From Leucoraja ocellata (Eukaryota), in NCBI GenBank assembly GCA_036785375.1, contig JAWMAR010000029.1:5704001-5768000 (forward strand): a DNA stretch of 64,000 nt, given 5' to 3'. Each line of letters begins with the position of its first letter. Positions within the stretch are counted from its first letter, which is position 1. Below the pieces are notes generated by a model. It was not told the DNA's origin, made no database searches, and saw only the letters and a list, made by a program, of their open reading frames with translations. A program made the position numbers and the translations under genes. This document shows, piece by piece, positions 14,073 to 25,975 of the stretch.

Positions 14073-16652
14073 GCTCCACTCTTATTATTGATGCTTTTTC
14101 CAAATGTATGACTGAGGTTTTGCTCTGAGATTTGCATGTAATGATGCAAGATCATGAAAAGATATAGTATATTCATTATTCCGTTGAATGAAAGTGGGCA
14201 GTAGCGAATTATTTACACATTGTCGATTTGAAAACCACCTTGTACTTGCTATTTATTGTACCCAAACTGAGAATTACTTAGCTGTGTCATAATTAGTTTC
14301 ATTTTGACACTGCTTACATGCCTCAGTGCTTGTATAAATTAACTTTAATACATGTATTACATTTGTCAAAACTCTATGAAATAATATTTAAAAGAACTAC
14401 AATTAAAATTGAATAAGAAAGTGTTGGCATCTCCTGTTGCCGTTGTGCTAATATCACCTCAGTATTTTTGGGCTTAATCTTTGACTTTTTTGTAAGACTG
14501 TGGAATTGGAGACAGAGAATACTTGTGTTAAACTCTCAGTGTCGGCGCTAATTTAAGCCTCCCCCCCCCCCCCCCCCCCACTTCCTCAACCCCCAAATAA
14601 AAGTTGATGAGGGAGCAATTTAATACATTTTCCATTTTTAATTCAAATTGCTGGTCTTTGTAGAAGTTTATCTACATCTGACTTTTCTCATTGGAAAAAT
14701 CCTTTGAATAATTTAGCTGATAAAGAAGCAATGATCCAAAGCAGCTGACAGATGACACCTACAAAACCGCAGTGAAGGCTGCTTTCATGCACTTGTCTGA
14801 CTTGGCTTTGTCTCCGAAACCTAGATGAGAGGTTGGATGAATAAAATGACGAGCTATAAAATTATTGGAGCTTTCAAAGGGGCAATTGTTTAGTGAACTA
14901 AGATTTTGGTTGAAGAAAATTGCATGTTTTAAATTAGTTGCTCTGCTGATGTGGATAATGATGGTGAAGGAGAAATGGGTGGGTGCAAATAATAAGCAAT
15001 CTTTAACCAAGTGAATGTTTCCAACTGTTGTGGCAACTGTTTGTTCAAGCATAACAAGGATCAAGACCTTGCATTACTAGTCCTCTGGCTGGTGGATCAG
15101 AGGGTTGCGCAAAATTGTTTTGAAAACAGATATTTTTGAAGATTTTGGTCAATTTTCTTTTATTTGGAATCTGGGCATTGCGAACAAGCCTCATCAAAAT
15201 TTCTTCAAGAAGTTGATGATGTGCCATGTTCCTGATTGCTGGGGCCCTGAAGATGAATGTGCTCTGGTAATGTTGTTAGGTATGGAGTTGGGGCTCTGAC
15301 AGTGAAGGAATCTTCATCATAGTTCCAAGTCAGGATGAGGTATGATTTTCAGAGTGTGGCCGGTCAGGCTTCCAGTGAGACAAGGGTTTCTGCTAGAAGA
15401 TTGAGGTTTGAGGCTTGTGTTTTGGGAGGTTCAGTGAGGGTGGCCTGTGAACGACTGCAAAGCATCTTGCAGTCATTACATACGATCATGATTGTGCAGC
15501 AGTGGTGGAGGGAATGAATGTTTGAGGTGGTTGCTGAGATATCAGTGAACTTGTTTTGTCCTGGATGGCGCTGAGTTTCCTGAATGGTGATGTAGCTGCT
15601 TGCTCCATCCCGACAAGTGCAGGGTATTCCATCTGTGGGTGAAAATGTATGGTCGATGTTTGGGTCGACGTCCTGCATCCAGGACCCAGTTTTTATCTTC
15701 ATTCCTCCTCTCCTCATTGAGTTCCTCCAGCAGGTTGCTTGTTGTTCTGTATTCTGGCATCTACAATATCTTGTGGCTGCATTTAGGGGTGTTGGATTCT
15801 GTCACTGTTGAGTGCAGCAGGGGAGGAAGATTTTGGAGAAGTGTATTGAACAAAAAACAAGATGAAAGTGATTTGTTGGCTTAAAAGGTACAACAATTGT
15901 GTTTAATTTGGCAATCTTATCATTGTCACATCGCTTTAAATCGGTTTTCCGCCCAGACCGTTGTCATTTGCCTTCTACAGTGTTCCGACAAAGCTCGATG
16001 CAAATGTGAAGATCACCTCACCATTTAGCCAGACAAGTTGGAGCCTTTGGTCACAATGATTTCAGATAATCTGCATTTCCACTTCAGCCTTTCAGCATTC
16101 ATGGCATGTTTCTTTACGAATTTCAGATAACAATTCTGCATCTCTCGTTTACACACCTTCAGGCTGATCATTTTCTTTACTTGTCAATGACATTTTTCTT
16201 GCCTTGTGCTATCATTTCTTTTGTCATTTAACCTCTCTTGCCTTCCACCCTATTGATGTGCTCTGAGCTCTTTGCTCACATTTTCTGCACCTTAAAGGTT
16301 GTTAATGGCTAACCTTTCCCAATTTTGATAGGAAATTGAAATGATTCTCATCGCACAGAAACTCCTACCTCAACTGCAACATTTATTTCATATTTGCAGC
16401 ATTTCAATGATTTGCTTTTGTGATCTTGTATAACCGTCACCAATTAATTCAGTATTAAACCATATTAGTTATTATTGGCAAAGATGTTGCAGATCAGCCC
16501 AGATTTGCTTCTTGAAAATTAAGCCAATATGTAAAATGATCATTATCACTAGCGTATAAAGGAATCCCAAAGCATTTGACACCAATCTTTGAAGAGATTC
16601 ACTGATGTAATATAGCAGCCAGTTGTATGCAGGAAGTTCCAACTAAAAGTGA

Positions 16653-17107
16653 TGTTTAGTTTAGTGATACAGCATGGGAACGGGCCCTTCGGCCCATCGA
16701 GTCCACTCCAACCATCAATCACCTGGTCTGAAGAAGGATCCTGACCCAAAAATCATCTATACATATTCTCAAGAGATGCTGCCTGACCCGCTGAGTAATT
16801 CCAGCACTTTGTGTTTCATTGTTTTGTAAACCAGCATCTGCAGTTCCTTGTTTCCACACTACTTCTATGTTATCCGGTTCTCTCATCTACTCCATAAGCA
16901 TTAGCGGCAAAGTACAGAGCTCAATTAACTGACAAACCCACATGTCTTTGGGATGTGGGAGGAAACCAGAACAACCGGAGGAAAACCACGTGATCGCAAG
17001 GAGTATGTGCAAACTCCGCACAGACAGCAACCGAGGTCAGGATCAAAACCGGATCTCTGGCACCATGAGGCAGTCAGTAGCTCAACCAGTTGTGCCACTG
17101 TACTGCC
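16653..17107 (-). mobile_element. HE1-like V-SINE with a Penelope pLTR inserted at about 16722-16858. Other V-SINE copies at about 8725-9035(-), 12165-12445(+), 21570-21752(-), 35143-35457(-), 52712-52972(+), 53145-53465(-) and 63148-63332(-, duplicated head)
   Basis: tgtgggaggaaaccaga...gtgcaaactccgcacagacagc...gaggtcaggatcaaaacc is the reverse complement of the V domain and B box. Confidence 0.8.
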
Positions 17108-17204
17108 TTATAATAGTTTGTTTCAACAATTTTGACTGATTATGATAATGGTGAGTTCCGCTCTGAAATAGTGCATGAGCATGTCCAACTTAAAGTAGCT
17201 TGAG

Positions 17205-17368
17205 TCTTGCTGTTACTTCATTTGAAAGATAACATCCAATAATGCAGCTCTCCCGTAGTACTGCATCAGAGTTGACTTAAGTATTTATTCTCAGTTCTCT
17301 GGACTAGAATTTGACCCCACAACTTTCTGACTTAGAGCCAAGAGTGCTTTCACTTGTCTCTCAGCTAA
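17205..17368 (-). mobile_element. Ancient DeuSINE (SacSINE1/AmnSINE1-like) 5' part. Related 3' pieces at about 17487-17600(+) and 29210-29475(+)
   Basis: Minus strand agcactcttggctctaagtcagaaagttgtggggtcaaattct...gcagtactacgggagagctgcatt resembles the consensus as I recall it. Confidence 0.55.
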
Positions 17369-18157
17369 GAGTAACCATAGACGAGACTGGATTAATTAAC
17401 TATTATCAACAATTAAGAAGGAGAAACTAGAGACAAAATGAGTAATTTAATGTTGTTCATTCACCATTAACCTCAGTTTCTGTGATCAAATTGACAGCCA
17501 TTTTACCTACTTTGTCATGGAAACAACACTCCAAAAGTGTTTCTGTCAGCTGCAGAACACTTTGGTAAGCCGCAAGCTCGTAAACAAAGTATTTGCACCG
17601 TTGTTTTCTATTTCAGTCGTAGGCTGATGAAGCAATGATACGTGTCCCCAGTGCTATAAAATACCTTGAAGCCACTTTTACAGATCATTACTGAGTATGA
17701 ATTATCTATAACAAGGAATTCCAAATAATGATTTCTTCTCCTGACATTTTTTTAGTTTCTGAATGTGTGAAACCAGCTATATAGTGGTGACTGTCCTCAT
17801 GAGACGGCAATCACTGTGCAATAAGGTCTCTGCTGAAGAAATGTCATGACTGTTTAAACACTTATTATAGCGATGATTTGGTCTATTTTGAGTCCAATCC
17901 GCTATAAAAAACTGAAATTGCACTTAGTTATGTGATTTTTAAGGCCAAACCTGAACATACTTTTAAATATGTACTGTGTTTCCCAGCAATGAAGACGCTA
18001 TTTTTTAATCCAAAAATAAGGCACGAAAATTCACCTGCGTCTTGCAGGCCGAAGGTTAGGTTGTTAGTCAAGAAAGATAGACTTGGCTATCCCTCAGTAC
18101 AGCAACATCAAGAACTATGTTGCTGTACTGAGGAATATCCAAGTCTAGGGTTAACTC

Positions 18158-18357
18158 NNNNNNNNNNNNNNNNNNNNNNNNNNNNNNNNNNNNNNNNNNN
18201 NNNNNNNNNNNNNNNNNNNNNNNNNNNNNNNNNNNNNNNNNNNNNNNNNNNNNNNNNNNNNNNNNNNNNNNNNNNNNNNNNNNNNNNNNNNNNNNNNNNN
18301 NNNNNNNNNNNNNNNNNNNNNNNNNNNNNNNNNNNNNNNNNNNNNNNNNNNNNNNNN
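18158..18357. other. Assembly gap (200 N)
   Basis: Run of exactly 200 n. The round length suggests a placeholder for a gap of unknown size. Confidence 0.99.
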
Positions 18358-19226
18358 AGAGAGGAAGGGGCAGAGGAGGTGGGAAGGAAGGCCAGCGCTC
18401 CTCGTACAACACATGTCAGGCACAGAAATCGCAACCAAAATATGGAGGGGACTGCGGACAGAATATCTTGGCGGCCGCGCGCGTGAGGCTTCGGAGGCTT
18501 CTGTGAACTGTAATTTCAGGTCAATCCAGCGCTAAATGCAGCTCAACTGCCTGTCTCGCCTACAGCCCCGTCTCAATCCAGACATGGCTGCTGGTTAACC
18601 TGGCGGGACAGGCAGAGTGAGCTGGGTTTTGCGCTGCTTCTCTGCGCCGGCTGTGGGCCTGGGGGCACCGAGCCCGTCTGACTCCTGACGCCTCTGGCCA
18701 ACCCCAGGGTGTGAGGGGGCTCTCGGGTGGGGACGTGGATGGTCCAGCGATTACAGCGCCGGAGACTGGGATCGATTCTGGCTGCGGTGCAGGTCTGCCG
18801 AGAGTGTTTTGGCTCGTCTCCCTACTCCAATCACCCCTAGTCTACTTCCGCCTCTGACCGACACCTCCCTCCTCCAAGGGTCTGTTTTGAAAGAGCCGTT
18901 GGCGGAGTGGCAGCAGCTGCCGCTAACGGGGCGGGGCGGGGTGCGGGAGGAGGAGATGGAGCTGTCGCCGTCGCCGCTGCCCGTCTTTAGCTCCAACCCT
19001 CCGTCATGCCGCACTTAGCATCTTTCCCACAACCGTCGCCGACACAAAACGTCACGTTCCTTTTCTCCAGAGATGCTGCTGGACCCGCGGAGTTACTCCA
19101 GTTTTCTGTGTCTATCTTCGGTATAAACCAAGTTGCCAAGCCGGGCAAAATGACTCGCCGTTTAGGTTGCCCGGCGGCAGTTTGAGTGGTCATTGGCACC
19201 CGGGCCACCGTGAATTTCGAGCCCTG
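18358..19226. mobile_element. GC/CpG-rich segment ending in a hAT-like terminus (left end not visible, probably in the gap)
   Basis: Ends ...ggcacccgggccaccgtgaatttcgagccctg, whose reverse complement CAGGGCTCGAAATT is a hAT-type TIR start. Subterminal (c)ccgggc repeats. Confidence 0.55.
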
Positions 19227-19554
19227 CTTCATATTCAACATTCATATTCAACACTTCATATTCATATACAACACTTTGACTTCGGTATTCACCTCCCCTC
19301 TCACACCGCTCACAATTGGCCCTGACCTTACTTATTACTCTCTTATCCCTTCTCAAACTTTCCTTCTCATTAATTTGGGAGTCTTTTGTAACTTTTCTTG
19401 TAGTCACTTCCCCTTTAACTCCATTTTTATGCTCCCAATTTGTCAATTCTTCCCCCTCCACTATTTAGTTTAAACCCTCATGTGTAGCCCCAGCAAACCT
19501 GCCTGCCAGAACGTCGGTCCCCCTCCACTTACGGCCTCACCAGTTCCTTTTGTG

Positions 19555-19765
19555 CAGGTCACAGAAGTTCTGCAGAAGTTCATTAGAATATTCGGTGACA
19601 TGCCAAATCTCTTTAAATCTAAGATAGTAGAGGTTCAGGCATGCCTTCCTTGTCATTACATCTAGGTACAGGGTCCAGGGTCCAGGATAGGTCCTGGTAG
19701 TGCCCAGGAATTTGAAGCTGCTAATTTTTTCCATCACTGACCCACCAAAGAAAACTGGCACGTAG
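19555..19765 (-). mobile_element. Rex1/Babar-like LINE RT fragment. Related pieces at about 38045-38205(-), 27530-27605(-) and 62820-63110(-, (ATTG)n tail)
   Basis: VMEKISSFKFLG...KACLNLYYLR resembles Rex1 VERVSSFKFLG...KAQQRLYFLR. Confidence 0.55.
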
Positions 19766-19769
19766 TCTC

Positions 19770-20185
19770 CCACGCAAGGGAACGGATTCGGTGGAAAGCG
19801 GGAAGGGGCGGAGAGGGGAAGATATGGCTAATGGTGGGATCCCCGTGGAGGTGGCGAAAATGTAGGAGGATTATTTGCTGTATGTGACAGCTGTTGGGGT
19901 GGGAGGCGAGGACCAGGAGGACCCTGTCCCTGTTGCGACTGCAGGATGCCGAGGAGACCCATGTGAGGGTCTCATCTATGATAGAAGAGGGGATCCTCAT
20001 TCCCAAAAGAATGAGGATGTTTCAGATGCCTTGGTATGGAACACCTCGTCTTGGGCTCGGATACGGCGAAGATTGCAGAAAATTGGGTGTAGGGGATAGA
20101 GTCTTTAAAGAAGGTAGGGTGGGAAGAAGTGTAGTCTCGATAGCTGTGGGAATCAGTAAGTTTATAATAGATGTCAGTCGATATT
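19770..20185 (-). mobile_element. Penelope RT C-terminal/linker fragment, frameshifted
   Basis: ORFs give STDIYYKLTDSHSYRDYTSSHP...KDSIPY and RNRDRVLLVL...HIQQIILLHFRHL...SHIFPSPPLPAFHR. Confidence 0.8.
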
Positions 20186-21804
20186 TGAATTAGGATGAAA
20201 AATGGGGTTAAGACCAAAAATCAATGTAGCCATTTTTAATCGCTGCACATGCTTTGGGGCTTGTTTAATTAGCGACTGCCACTTCTGTTCTGAAATCAAA
20301 TACAGGGGCGCAGATTCATAACAATGTCTGTTATGTCCATTGGTAGAATTTTACAAAGCATAACTGATCCTACTTTGATTGCTCCAGAGTTTTGTTGGCA
20401 GTTGAACCTTTCTCAGTGTTTATTTACCATGTTTATATAACCAACGTCTTGCTGCTATGCCCGCAACTCAAAGAGCAAACTGCCAAGTGCTTAACGGTGT
20501 GCAAAAGGCACTGCAGGGTTGCCACTGCTCGTCCAACCTTTTCCCAGCGTGAACCAGAAAGGAGAGGAATCAGGTCGGCTTATTCTGCAGACTTTGGATT
20601 ATGGACTCATTGCTTTATTGACGCCACGCGGAATTACATATCTAATACTTATTTGGGGGTTATACCAGATTAAAAGGTTTATTTTTTGTTGTTGTGAGTA
20701 GCTTGTTGTATGCATTTAGATGCGCTTTCAACTTCAGGCACATGCATTGCTGATCAAAGTTGAGTACTGATCTCCGCCTTGAATTGTAATGTACCATCCC
20801 ATTAATCATTCAGTACTATTCTGGATAAATGGTCGGCTATTCATTTCATTTCTTTTGAAGCTCTATGGATTAAATGGTTTTGAATTTCATCCATTCACAT
20901 ATTTACAAATTTGCTTTAATATATTTTTGTTTTTCCAACAAACTGAGTCACTAAAAGAATAGCAATCTAAGCATCTTACTCATTTTTATTTGTTTTAGTA
21001 GCATCGATTCATGTTCTCATCTTTTAAAATCAGTTGTTGCATGTTTATTAGGTTTTAGTTCTCTTGTCACTGATCGAGGTTATGAAATGTAATCGTTTTT
21101 TAAAAAGAAAGTGTGATCTTGGCAATATGCAGACACAAGATTGACCGCGTTTTGTATTGGTTAGTTATTGAAATTACATTTTCGCTGAACTAAATTGTTC
21201 TAAAGAAATGAGATGTGATCTCATTACTGATGCTAGCGATCTTGTGCTGCACTTGGATGATTAAAAATAATTTATTTCATAAAACAAAATTAATGTTTAT
21301 CTTGGGTAGTGTTGCTGTCTCTCATTGTGAGATGGCCACGGTTGAAGTTCTTCGATTATCAAACATAAGCATCAACAATTTGTGATGATTTTCACTTCTT
21401 GCTTCACTTCAATCTAAGCAGTAGCCCTGCATACTTCATCAGAATGGAAAATAATCAACAACTTTGCTTCCATGTGCAGATCCAAGTTTATTTCTGAAAA
21501 AGTTTTAGCCCATTAAATGGATGAAAGTGCTCGTAAAGACTTTGTGAAAAATAGTCAGTCATTGGACCATGCAGTGTAGAAAAAGGCCTTTCGACCCACT
21601 GAGTGTGAGCTGACCATCAAGCACTCATTTACTCTCTTCCCGATTTATTCTCACACATTCATATTGACTCCTGCTAGATTATAACACTTGACTACACACT
21701 GAGGGCAATTTACAATGGTCAATTAACCAACCAGTTTATATGTCTTTGGGATTTTTTTTCTACATCCTGCATGTTAATGCCTGTCCAACAAATTAAATTT
21801 CTAT

Positions 21805-21972
21805 GGTACACAAAAAAGCTGGAGAAACTCAGCGGGTGCAGCAGCATCTATGGAGCGAAGGAAATAGGCAACGTTTCGGGCCGAAACCCTTCTTCAGATG
21901 CTGCTGCACCCGCTGAGTTTCTCCAGCTTTTTTGTGCATCTTCGATTCTCCAGCATCTGCAGTTCCTTCTTA
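21805..21972. mobile_element. Palindromic Penelope pLTR mini-insertion with intact hammerhead core (21870-21897, minus strand)
   Basis: 18-bp direct repeat aacaaattaaatttctat at 21787-21804 and 21973-21990. Perfect 41-bp inverted repeat 21809-21849 / 21896-21936. Left arm nearly identical to 31604-31697. Confidence 0.9.
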
Positions 21973-22637
21973 AACAAATTAAATTTCTATCCTTGTCCTT
22001 TGATCAGCTGCTAATGGGAATAGTTCTTTCAATTTATCACACCTGACCTCACCATAATCTTGTACATGTCTGTGAAATTCAGCTCGTCCTTTACTCCGAG
22101 GAGAGCAACCCTAGTCTGCCCAGTGTAAACTTGTTGCTGGAGTCCCTCATTCTTGAACAATCCTTGCAAATCTCTTTTGCACTCTTCCGCGATATGTGAG
22201 GACTAGAATTAGACGAGGTATGGCTGAATCATCGCTGTATATGCATTCAATATAACCTCGCTCCTTTATTTTGTACCGTGAAAGATGCCATATGCTGCTT
22301 CAACAGTGTTATCACCATGTTCTGCTGCTTTCTAAGTTTTTCGCAGAAACACGCTCATGTTCTCCCTTTGCTTTAGATCTGAGCTATTTACTCTATATTG
22401 TCTCTTCATATTATTTGTCACAATGTATCAATTCATTTAATTGCATTTCATCCACCTATTCTGTCAACCCATCATATTTTCTTGCAGTCTTTTACTATCT
22501 TCCACACTGACCACATCAGCAAATGTGTTATCTGGAAATTTTATAATTCTATCCTCATGTACTTTTCCACGCCTTTGAAATACCAGCATATGCCTGACCC
22601 GAGAGAAACATCATTCTTTGCCTGGACAACTGCTAAT

Positions 22638-22735
22638 CGTCTGAAGAAGGGCCCTGACCCGAAATGTCACCAATCCATGTTCTCCCGGGATACTGCCTGA
22701 CCTGCTGAGTTACTCCAGCATTTTGTGGCTTTTTA
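22638..22735 (+). mobile_element. Penelope pLTR with near-intact hammerhead core (22641-22668)
   Basis: ctgaagaagggccctgacccgaaatgtc followed by pLTR body. Confidence 0.8.
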
Positions 22736-22939
22736 TATTTACCACAGCTCTCTGCTTTCTGTCCTTCAGCCAGTTCCTTATTCATGCTGTCACTGACCCT
22801 TTCAATCTGCAGACTTCAGCTTTGCTAACCATTTTTTAAAAGCGTTGTACTTTGTTATAAAGCTTTTGAAAATCCAAGCTTTTGACAGCATCTTTGAAAG
22901 AAAGTCAATGAATTGGTTAGTGCTAACCAGTTTTTTCCT

Positions 22940-23560
22940 GTGCAATTGAGAGCATCCTCTCCTGTACGGTCCACGTGAACGTGGATACACTGCTGGAGTG
23001 AGGCCAAGTGCACATTCAAAGAATAACAATTCATACTCTGCTTGGGCAGCCTATAACCCAACAGTATGGACACTGAATTTTCCAGTTTCAGGTAACCCAC
23101 ACCCCTTGTGTGTCTTTCCTGCTCCTACCATCTACCTACGTTATCTCTCCCTTTTCTATTAGCTCTCCCCAATACTTACAATACTGCCCTCTCCCACCAC
23201 CATCAGATTCCATCTGCCCATCACTATACACCTATTCATCAGTTTCTTCACTTTTATCATCCTTATACTTTGCCTCTACCTTCCTTCTTCTCCATGCTCC
23301 CACCATTTTTGTTTGTTCTTTCTTACCTGTTTCCACCTATCACTCTCCAGCCTCAGTCTCAAAACTCCACCCTCCCCTCAAACCTAGCTTCATCTGCGAG
23401 TCATTCCACCATCTCACCTAGTTCCAATCGTCCACTAGTCTCTGTCTCACCCCCTCCCCCCCCCCCCCCCCCCCCCCTCTATTCCACCCAATTCCTACTG
23501 TAGACCCAACCCTGATGTCGGATCTCGACCCAAAAAGTTGCCTCCACGAATGCTGTTTGG
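22940..23560 (+). mobile_element. Decayed Penelope 3' end
   Basis: ctgcttgggcagcctataacccaacagtatggacactgaattttccagtttcaggtaa (ORF end), pyrimidine-rich UTR, remnant hammerhead near 23512. Confidence 0.65.
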
Positions 23561-23944
23561 CTCCTCGATTTTTCTTGACTAAATAGGGATTAGTATTCTC
23601 CTTCTTGGGATTCACCTGCTTGACTACTTGAGTTTAGTTGACCTTTTCGTGAGTTGAATTGTCTTAAGTAATTAATTAAAAAATGGCATTTAGAATGTTT
23701 CACTTGTACTTGCAGAAAATCAATCATCATGTTTAGTGCTTGCACATCAAATGCAATTTTTGGCTGTAAATGTTTTTTATTTGAGTCAGCTGGAATGATC
23801 CAGATGAATTGAAAATAATTCCGATTAAACTAGTAATTACTTATAAATACTGTTCCCAGTGTATATGACTTTTGTCGTGCGTATAGTTTTATTATTTTAT
23901 TTAATTGATGCAACTTCCAGTCTAGTACTTTATCTCTGAATCGG

Positions 23945-25272
23945 ATTTGTTAGCGATCTTGTTGTGCAACAGTGACCATAATATAAGGTAGACACAAAAT
24001 GCTGGAGTAACTCAGCGGGACAGGCAGCATCTCTGGAGAGAAGGAATGGGTGACGTTTCGGGTTGAGACCCTTCTTCAGACTGACCATAATATGGTGGAA
24101 TTCTGCATTAGGATGGAGAGTGACACGGTTAATCCAGAGACAAGGGTCCTGAACTTAAAGAAAGGAGACTTTGAAGGTATGAGACAGGAATTGGCTCGGA
24201 TAGACTGGCAAATTATACTTAAAGGGTTGACGGTGGAGATGCAATGGCAACGATTTAAAGATCGCATGGATGAACTCCAAAAATTGTTCATCCCTGTCTA
24301 GCGAAAATATAAAACGGGGAAGGCAGCTCATCCATGGCTAACGAGGGAAATCAAGGATAGTGTTAAATCCAAGGACGAGGCATAAACATTCGCCAGAGGA
24401 AGCAGCAAACCGGAGGACTGGGATAAATTTAGAACTCAACAGAGGAGGACAAAGGGGTTAATTAAGAGGGAGGGAAAGAGCACGAAAGAAAGCCTGTGGG
24501 GAATATAAAAACTGACTGTAAAAGCTTCTTTAGATATGTAAAAAAGAAAAGATTAATGAAGCCAAATGTCAGACAGGTGAATTTATAATGGGAAACAAGG
24601 AAATGGCAGAACAGTTAAACGAGTACTTTGTTTGTGTCTTCCTTAGTGAAGACTGAACTAATATCCCAGAACTACTAGGGGACCGTGGGTCCAGTGGGAG
24701 GGAGGAACTGAAAGGAATCCACATTAGTCAGGAATTGGGTTAGGTAAACTGTTGGGACTGAAGGCAGATAAATCCCCGGGGCCTGATGGTCTGCATCCCA
24801 GAGAACTCAAGGTGGCCCTAGAAATCGTGGATGCATTGGTAATCATTTTCCAATGTTCTATAGACTGGATCAGTTCATGTGGATTGGGGGGTAGCCAATG
24901 TAACTCCACTTTTTAAGAAAGGAGGGAGAAAGAAAACTGAATTATTGACCAGTTACCCTTAAATTGGTAGTGGGGAAGATGCTGGAGTCGATTATTAAGG
25001 GGTAGGCCATTTAGAACTGAGATGCGAAAAAAACCCAGAGAGTTGTGAATCTGTGGAATTCTCTGCCACAGAGGCATTGGAGGCCAATTCACTGGATGTT
25101 TTCAAGAGGGAGTTAGATTTAGCTCCGAGGGCTAAAGGAATCAAGGGATATGGGGGAAAAAGCAGGAACGCGGTACTGATTTTAGATGATCAGCCATGAT
25201 CATATTGAATGATGGTGCTGGCTCGAAGGGGCGAATGGCCCACTGCACCTATTTTTCTATGTTTCTATGTCT
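23945..25272 (+). mobile_element. CR1 LINE fragment (end of APE, linker, start of RT, then deletion to the 3' tail)
   Basis: DHNMVEFCIRMESD...VLNLKKGDFEGMRQELARIDW and KSPGPDGLHPR motifs. Tail cacctatttttctatgtttctatgt. Confidence 0.9.
23985..24081 (-). mobile_element. 97-bp Penelope pLTR mini-insertion with intact hammerhead core (24052-24079)
   Basis: 12-bp TSD tgaccataatat at 23973-23984 and 24082-24093 within a CR1. Minus strand reads CUGAAGA-A-GGGU(CUCA)ACCC-GAAAC-GUC. Confidence 0.88.
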
Positions 25273-25739
25273 AAGCCTGATTTGAATGGCACTTACAAGC
25301 TATAATGCCCAGGAGTCTTGTAACAATTTACAGGCTGTGTGAGAAAGCAGAAGTGCCAAAGCAGGCAGTCGTGAAATGCGATGTGAGCGTCCTGTGATGT
25401 ATAAAATAATGCTTCTGAAGACCTTGGGTATCAGGTCTCGTGGGTTCATCCTACATGATTCCAAAGCTTAGTATAAAATAAATCATCAGGACATCAATCC
25501 AGTGTTGGTGGCACCAAAATGATATTTAGAAAATGCAGCTGATTATTTGAAAGCACAATGCTGATCAGAATTGTCAATCGTTTCTTTGCATTGTTAAGGT
25601 TAAAAAATACAAATTGAGAATAGAGCACCTTGCCACTTGAATGTCAGCAACTGTAAATAATACTATGGTTATCACAGTGTGAGAAAACTGCAATGGGATA
25701 TGAAGAAAAACACAGCAAGTGTTGACACAGAATCAGGGC

Positions 25740-25975
25740 GTAGGAAGGAACTTTAAATCGAAGATAGACCCAAAAAGCTGGAGTAACTCAGGCAGCATCT
25801 TTGGAGAGAAGGTAATGGGTGATGTTTCGGGTTGAGACCCTTCTTCAGACTGGTTAGAGATAAGGGAAACGAGAGATATAGACGGTGATATTGAGAGATA
25901 AAGAACAATGAATAAAAGATATGCAAAAAGGCAACAATGATAAAGGAAACAACCCATTGTTAAGCGGAAGATAAC
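25740..25975 (-). mobile_element. Penelope 3' UTR and pLTR
   Basis: Near-identical to 53513-53750. Hammerhead remnant at 25821-25848 with a CpG-type change in stem III. Confidence 0.8.

Noticed and set aside
17932-18486. Longest listed ORFs (184, 114, 108 and 95 aa)
   Set aside because: Artefacts of translating through the 200-N gap.
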